Below, piece after piece: positions 59,471 to 64,000 of a stretch of DNA of 64,000 bases. This DNA is from Candidatus Atabeyarchaeum deiterrae (lineage in GTDB: Archaea; Asgardarchaeota; Atabeyarchaeia; Atabeyarchaeales; Atabeyarchaeaceae): positions 256,001 through 320,000 of the forward strand of contig CP147780.1 in assembly GCA_037310415.1 (NCBI GenBank), written 5' to 3'. Numbering within the stretch: position 1 is the stretch's first letter; each line of letters opens with the position of its first letter. A program made the translations under genes and the position numbers. The notes below the pieces were generated by a model. The model made no database searches, was not told the origin of the DNA, and saw only the letters and a program-made list of their open reading frames with translations.

Positions 59471-60430
59471 TCACCCGCCAATTAAGCTCTCCAATCCCTT
59501 CTCAAGAATAGTGGCAGGTTGGTATCCCAAGATCTGACGAGCCTTGCTTATCTCGGCCAAACTATGTTTGATCTCTCCTAGTCTTGGTTCCTCGTAGACC
59601 GGTTCAGTCTTGACTCTGAGTTTCTCACGTATTAGCTGATATAGTCTGTTTATTGTCACCGAGTCTCCAGAGCCTATATTGAATGCCTGTCCTACGGCTT
59701 CATCAGCACTTGCTGACAGGAGAAGCGCCTGTACCACATCGCTTACATGGACGAAGTCCCTCGTTTGCTGCCCGTCTCCGTAGATCAGGGGACGCTTGCC
59801 CTTTCGAAGTTCCTCAATGAATTTCGAGATAACGCCACTATACAGATTATAGGTCTGTCTCGGTCCGTATACGTTAAAGAGACGTAGGATTACCGTTTTC
59901 AGGCCATGTTCTCTTTGATATTCCTTGCAGTGTTCCTCTGCTTCAACTTTGGAGTCAGCGTATGGGGACATTGGGTGATTCTCGTCAATCGGAACATATT
60001 GTGGGTTCCCGTATACTGCACATGAGGAGACGTACACAAATCGTTTCACATTCCTTCTAATACTTGCTTCAAGTAGATTTCTCGTTCCTCCGACATTCAC
60101 TTCGTTCGTCAACATTGGCTTCTCGATTGAGTATGAAACGCTCGTGAGGGCAGCTAAATGAAACACTATATCAGCATTCCTTAGCGACTCTTGAACCTGC
60201 CGCTCATTTCGGATATCACCCTTAGCAAAACAGACCTTGTCGCTCTCCAAGTGAGGCTGTATGTTCTTCAAAGTGCCTGACGACAAATCGTCAAAGACTG
60301 TAACAGTACATCCTCCAGTTGCGAGAGCGTCTACCAAGTGACTTCCAATGAATCCTGCGCCACCCGTGACAACGATCCTCCGAGAACTTGCTTGCAGCTC
60401 TTTGCTCCTCACAGCATTATCTCCAAACAC
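59471..60430 (-). CDS. NAD-dependent epimerase (UDP-glucose 4-epimerase-like)
   Basis: TGGAGFIGSH, FHLAA, SSCAVYG, YADSK, RLFNVYGP, QTRDFVHV. Confidence 0.9.
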   Translation of the reverse strand: MFGDNAVRSKELQASSRRIVVTGGAGFIGSHLVDALATGGCTVTVFDDLSSGTLKNIQPHLESDKVCFAKGDIRNERQVQESLRNADIVFHLAALTSVSYSIEKPMLTNEVNVGGTRNLLEASIRRNVKRFVYVSSCAVYGNPQYVPIDENHPMSPYADSKVEAEEHCKEYQREHGLKTVILRLFNVYGPRQTYNLYSGVISKFIEELRKGKRPLIYGDGQQTRDFVHVSDVVQALLLSASADEAVGQAFNIGSGDSVTINRLYQLIREKLRVKTEPVYEEPRLGEIKHSLAEISKARQILGYQPATILEKGLESLIGG

Positions 60431-60638
60431 TAACTGGGCTTTATTGTCGATCCTAAGTATGTAATCGTATTAGTTTTATCAATGTTTTGCGTCATGACGC
60501 CAGACCGATGAAAATGAGTGAGGGTTATCTGAGGTAGATCGCGTTACCACAGGCAGTTTATAGGAGAAGAACAATGATGAGCGTGGACTCAATCATGATA
60601 TTTTCGGCGAGTCGCAAATCGCATCGGTTTGAAGCTAC

Positions 60639-61109
60639 CTATTTTATTTTGGTGATGACTTCATAAATGCGTTTCACTACTTTTGATGTGCTGTTAAGCA
60701 CTTCATCACCATACTTAGAGAGCCTCACTACCTTTGTGCCCTGAAGACCTCTTTTCTTCAACTCTTGTTTCAAGAAGTCCTCAGATGGTTTCTCATCGTA
60801 GCCAAGCGCAATTATATCAGGTCTAAGCTCTTCAACTATTCTGAGTCTGTCTTCTCCTCCGTAACCAAGAATCGCCTTGTCAACGGATTTCAGTGACTCC
60901 ACCAAGTATCTTCGTTGTTCCTCTGGAAAAATGGGGTCTCGTCCCTTGAGGGTCTTCACGGTTGAGTCTCTTGCTATTACGACTATGAGCTCAGCCGTTT
61001 TGCCACCTAACTTTCGACTTTCTTCGAGGTACTTCGCATGTCCAGCGTGGACTATGTCGAATGTTCCAAAAGCTAGTACACGAGTTCTTTTGTTCATTTC
61101 AGCCAACAA
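60639..61109 (-). CDS. ribL: FAD synthetase (archaeal RibL)
   Basis: GTFDIVHAGH, VVIARD, PDIIALGYD. Confidence 0.88.
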   Translation of the reverse strand: MLAEMNKRTRVLAFGTFDIVHAGHAKYLEESRKLGGKTAELIVVIARDSTVKTLKGRDPIFPEEQRRYLVESLKSVDKAILGYGGEDRLRIVEELRPDIIALGYDEKPSEDFLKQELKKRGLQGTKVVRLSKYGDEVLNSTSKVVKRIYEVITKIK

Positions 61110-61193
61110 CCGTCATAAGGTAGCTCGTCAATGAATTCCTTTTTCTGGTTACCTTCCAAGAGGATGAAGAGAGGAAGCTTAAAAACCTTGGTG

Positions 61194-62051
61194 TCAGTCG
61201 ACAATAGACTTCCTTGATGATATGGATGGTGGTGCGCCAAACAACTTGACGAGCGATTCGGCTTCCATGAAATGAAGTGTTCCCGGAACTATCAATGTGT
61301 GCGGTGGCGAGCCGAAGTTCAGTTCACCAAGCCGTTTGATAGAGTCGCACCTTATGATGGGTTCAGGAGACCCAATTCGGGCAAGCCCTACCATAAGCCT
61401 ATCATCCGTAAATACCTTCATTCCCTTTGCCTTTTCCATCTTGACTAGTAGCTTTAACGCTTCACTTATGGACAAGTACTTTAGCCGTTCCACATCGAGA
61501 TCCAGCAATAGAAGTGTGTGGAGTCCGCGCGAGAGATTATCGGATACTACGCCGTAGGGCGACATGGGGAAGTACCCTTCTCGTGGGATCGAAATTGTCA
61601 CTGCCTTTCCGAACTTGTAGTGTTGGAGTCCCGTAATACTTGCAGCAACAGAAAAAATCGAAGCAGCGTGAACAACATGGGTTTTTACTCCGAGTTCGTA
61701 GGCCCTAAGTCTGAGGCTTACGTGAGTTGTAGCGGCGAGAGGGTCACCAGGAACGAACAGCACAACTCTCTTCTCCTGCGCTGATTTTAGTAGCTTATTG
61801 TCCACGTCTTCTTCAAGATCTTTTCTTTTCAAGACGGTAATCGATTTTCCTATGATCCTTTCCATCTGATTCAAGTCTAGGGCAGGCATGATGCTGGTGT
61901 ATAATTCTGCATATACTGCGTCAGCCGTCTTCGCAACTTCCAATCCAGATAGGCTTACTCCATTGTGATCCCAAAGTCCCATCCCGACCAGAATCAATTC
62001 ACCATTTCTCTCTTTCTTTGGTCCGGAGGCAGAAGGAGATTGCCCATTCAT
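61194..62051 (-). CDS. dph5: Diphthine synthase
   Basis: YAELYTS, GDPLAATTH, GLQHYKFGK-VT, GLHTLLLLD, PPHTLIVPG-LHFME. Confidence 0.95.
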   Translation of the reverse strand: MNGQSPSASGPKKERNGELILVGMGLWDHNGVSLSGLEVAKTADAVYAELYTSIMPALDLNQMERIIGKSITVLKRKDLEEDVDNKLLKSAQEKRVVLFVPGDPLAATTHVSLRLRAYELGVKTHVVHAASIFSVAASITGLQHYKFGKAVTISIPREGYFPMSPYGVVSDNLSRGLHTLLLLDLDVERLKYLSISEALKLLVKMEKAKGMKVFTDDRLMVGLARIGSPEPIIRCDSIKRLGELNFGSPPHTLIVPGTLHFMEAESLVKLFGAPPSISSRKSIVD

Positions 62052-62191
62052 AGTTGTATTTCCCGCTTCGATGGTTTTTTATCAGATATCGAAGTTAATT
62101 AAGGGCGAAGAGATATATTAATGCCCGACAAGAATTCGATCTGATAGCTGCCATCCACGATACAGAGGAAGACAGAAGGGGAGACGACCCG

Positions 62192-63400
62192 ATGAGCGAG
62201 TTCTCAGTAGATTCAGTAATGACATGGTATGACGAGAAGACTAAGGAATTGTCTGCCGACTTCGCTTCCGAAGTGAACAGGAGACTCGATAAGATCAGGG
62301 GGGCGATCAAGGACATCGGACTGGTCCTCCACCAAATGGGCACTTTAAAGCCGACTGAACAGGATGAGATTGTGAAGGCTTCGCTAGATAGGTTCATTGA
62401 GAAAATAATGTCAACGACTGAACAGATCGCGTTTCCTGACGACCTCACGTATTCAATTGTAGGCGAATTCCTGAGCAGACTCGAAAGATCAGTCACGGAG
62501 ATATACGATGCTGGGAGAAGATGGATCCCGAAGTTCAGAGGACGACAATATAAGTCAGTTCTAATCGACTTGGACAAACATTTCCGCGACCTAACAAAGG
62601 AAACCCACACACTTGATAACATCTGCAAAAACTACAGACACTTAACAGTTGTTGAAAGGGTCAGAGAAGACATCGGCGAACTCAAAGAAATGCTAACGAG
62701 GATACCTGAAGTCAATGATGAGATCGAAGAAAAGCAGAAGAAGCTCGGATCGGCTGAGAAATCAGTCAGAGCAAATGAGTCACGCATAAAAGAGTATAAG
62801 AGTCGAACGGGGGTCCATGAGAAAGAGGAAATCGATAGGGAACTTGACGGAATCCGTCAGACTCTAACTAGCCAACTTGATCTACTGAGGAAGGCAATGT
62901 CAAAACTGAGAGATTCAGCAGAAGGGGGTTCCGTCCACATAAAACCAGAGGACATAACAACAATAGAATTGTATTCCCGTGATCTCCCCGAAGCCCTTAA
63001 CAGTGAGCCCGATGGTTGCCCTGGTTTGAAAGACCTGCTATCGAGTATGCGGCACAATATCGATAGCCTAGGATTGGAAGGTAGCAAGAAGAGGAGAACA
63101 CTGAAACGCATAGAGAGTCTGCTCGAGAGTGACCTGTTGCCGCCAGTTCAGAAGAGGGTCAAACAACTTCTGCAAAGGAAAAGCGAACTACTGCAGTCTT
63201 ATAAGCCTGACGAAGAAGAGAGACTGGCCACGGAACTTGAGGAGTCGAAGAAGCATCTGCGCGATGAGGAGACTAGGACGCACCGATCTGAAGAAGAACT
63301 TGCTCAGCTGAACTCGAAGCTGAAGGATAAAGCTAAAGCGATCACTTCAGAGATAGCGAAACTCACTGGGCAGAAGATACATATTTCACTGAAGAGCTAG
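62192..63400 (+). CDS. Hypothetical all-helical coiled-coil protein
   Basis: 402 aa, E/K/L-rich heptads, no catalytic motif seen; TATA-like GATATATTAA upstream. Confidence 0.75.
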   Translation: MSEFSVDSVMTWYDEKTKELSADFASEVNRRLDKIRGAIKDIGLVLHQMGTLKPTEQDEIVKASLDRFIEKIMSTTEQIAFPDDLTYSIVGEFLSRLERSVTEIYDAGRRWIPKFRGRQYKSVLIDLDKHFRDLTKETHTLDNICKNYRHLTVVERVREDIGELKEMLTRIPEVNDEIEEKQKKLGSAEKSVRANESRIKEYKSRTGVHEKEEIDRELDGIRQTLTSQLDLLRKAMSKLRDSAEGGSVHIKPEDITTIELYSRDLPEALNSEPDGCPGLKDLLSSMRHNIDSLGLEGSKKRRTLKRIESLLESDLLPPVQKRVKQLLQRKSELLQSYKPDEEERLATELEESKKHLRDEETRTHRSEEELAQLNSKLKDKAKAITSEIAKLTGQKIHISLKS

Positions 63401-63414
63401 AAGTCGATGTTTTT

Positions 63415-63999
63415 CTAATCAATAATCGCGTCTAATGCCACCTGCCATTGATGAGGAGCAATAGATTTCACCAGCCTTCCCTGAACTATGCGGTGCAATT
63501 TTCTACCTGAAGACTCAATCTTACTGCGGAGTAGCACACTGGCTCGCTCTATAGGATTTGGTTCAACTTCAGATCGATAGAAGTGTACCTTACCGCCTTG
63601 TGATCTTAAGGTGAGACAAGCTACATCTACATACTCCAAGGACTCATATGGGAGATTCATTATTACTCTGTCAGCTGCTCCTTTAAACTCCTCAGAAACG
63701 ACTTCACGTGCGTTCCCGAGGATGGGCGATACAAGTCGCTCAACCTTGTTCAGCCCACAGTTGATTCTCAAGTACTTGATGGCATCAGGATTTATGTCAA
63801 TCGAGTGAACCTTTGCTCCACTCTTCTTGGCAATAAGTATTGAAAAGGGGCCCACGCCTGCAAACATGTCGACCACAACTTCATTCGAGTTAGTTTGAGA
63901 AGCAACCCGCAAGCGTTCGGTGGCAAGTCTGGGACTGAAATAGACTTTTGTGACATCTAACATGTATTTGCAGCCGTGTTCCTTATGTGTGGTCTCGGT
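63415..63999 (-). CDS. Trm5/Taw2-family tRNA methyltransferase (5'-partial)
   Basis: THKEHGC-Y-LDV-KVYFSPRL--ER, VDMFAGVGPF, DINP-A, DRVIMNLP. Confidence 0.9.
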   Translation of the reverse strand, partial: TETTHKEHGCKYMLDVTKVYFSPRLATERLRVASQTNSNEVVVDMFAGVGPFSILIAKKSGAKVHSIDINPDAIKYLRINCGLNKVERLVSPILGNAREVVSEEFKGAADRVIMNLPYESLEYVDVACLTLRSQGGKVHFYRSEVEPNPIERASVLLRSKIESSGRKLHRIVQGRLVKSIAPHQWQVALDAIID

Positions 64000-64000
64000 T

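Noticed and set aside
60505-60600. Possible C/D sRNA boxes (CGATGA...CTGA; ATGATGA)
   Set aside because: Spacing is wrong for a two-guide archaeal sRNA and no complementary target was seen
1-64000. CRISPR arrays, rRNA, integrases/intact transposases, inteins, BHB introns in mRNAs, and the many antisense shadow ORFs
   Set aside because: No periodic repeats or rRNA motifs seen; housekeeping ORFs are full length and uninterrupted; antisense ORFs mirror well-supported genes

Overview
Archaeal chromosomal window, most consistent with an Asgard (or closely related TACK-like) lineage. That call is an inference from a ribophorin-I-like protein, a solo Roadblock/LC7 protein, a long Trm112 with a helical insertion, a cdrS-ftsZ pair and the ftsY-argF-secE-spt5-uL11-uL1-uL10-P1 gene order. 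Most of the window is housekeeping: translation, tRNA modification, glycine cleavage P protein, proteasome beta, and flavin/NAD cofactor genes. A ~19 kb surface-glycan locus (28.2-47.2 kb) carries many glycosyltransferases and methyltransferases and shows duplication and decay. The strongest signals are not in the ORF track. (1) Three intron-containing tRNA genes: tRNA-Leu(GAG) with THREE non-canonical BHB introns (14/15, variable arm, 59/60) just upstream of the archaeosine TGT gene; tRNA-Gln(TTG) with TWO non-canonical introns (18/19, 59/60); and tRNA-Arg(TCT) with a 37/38 intron and an unusual C33. (2) A ~390 bp internally deleted IS200/IS605 (tnpB) element that keeps both end hairpins and a structured omega-RNA-like 3' region. 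Also noted: a flippase-FkbM methyltransferase fusion, an attC-like inverted repeat, and an EndoV with a catalytic Asp-to-Asn change. All calls come from reading motifs by eye; no database searches were run.
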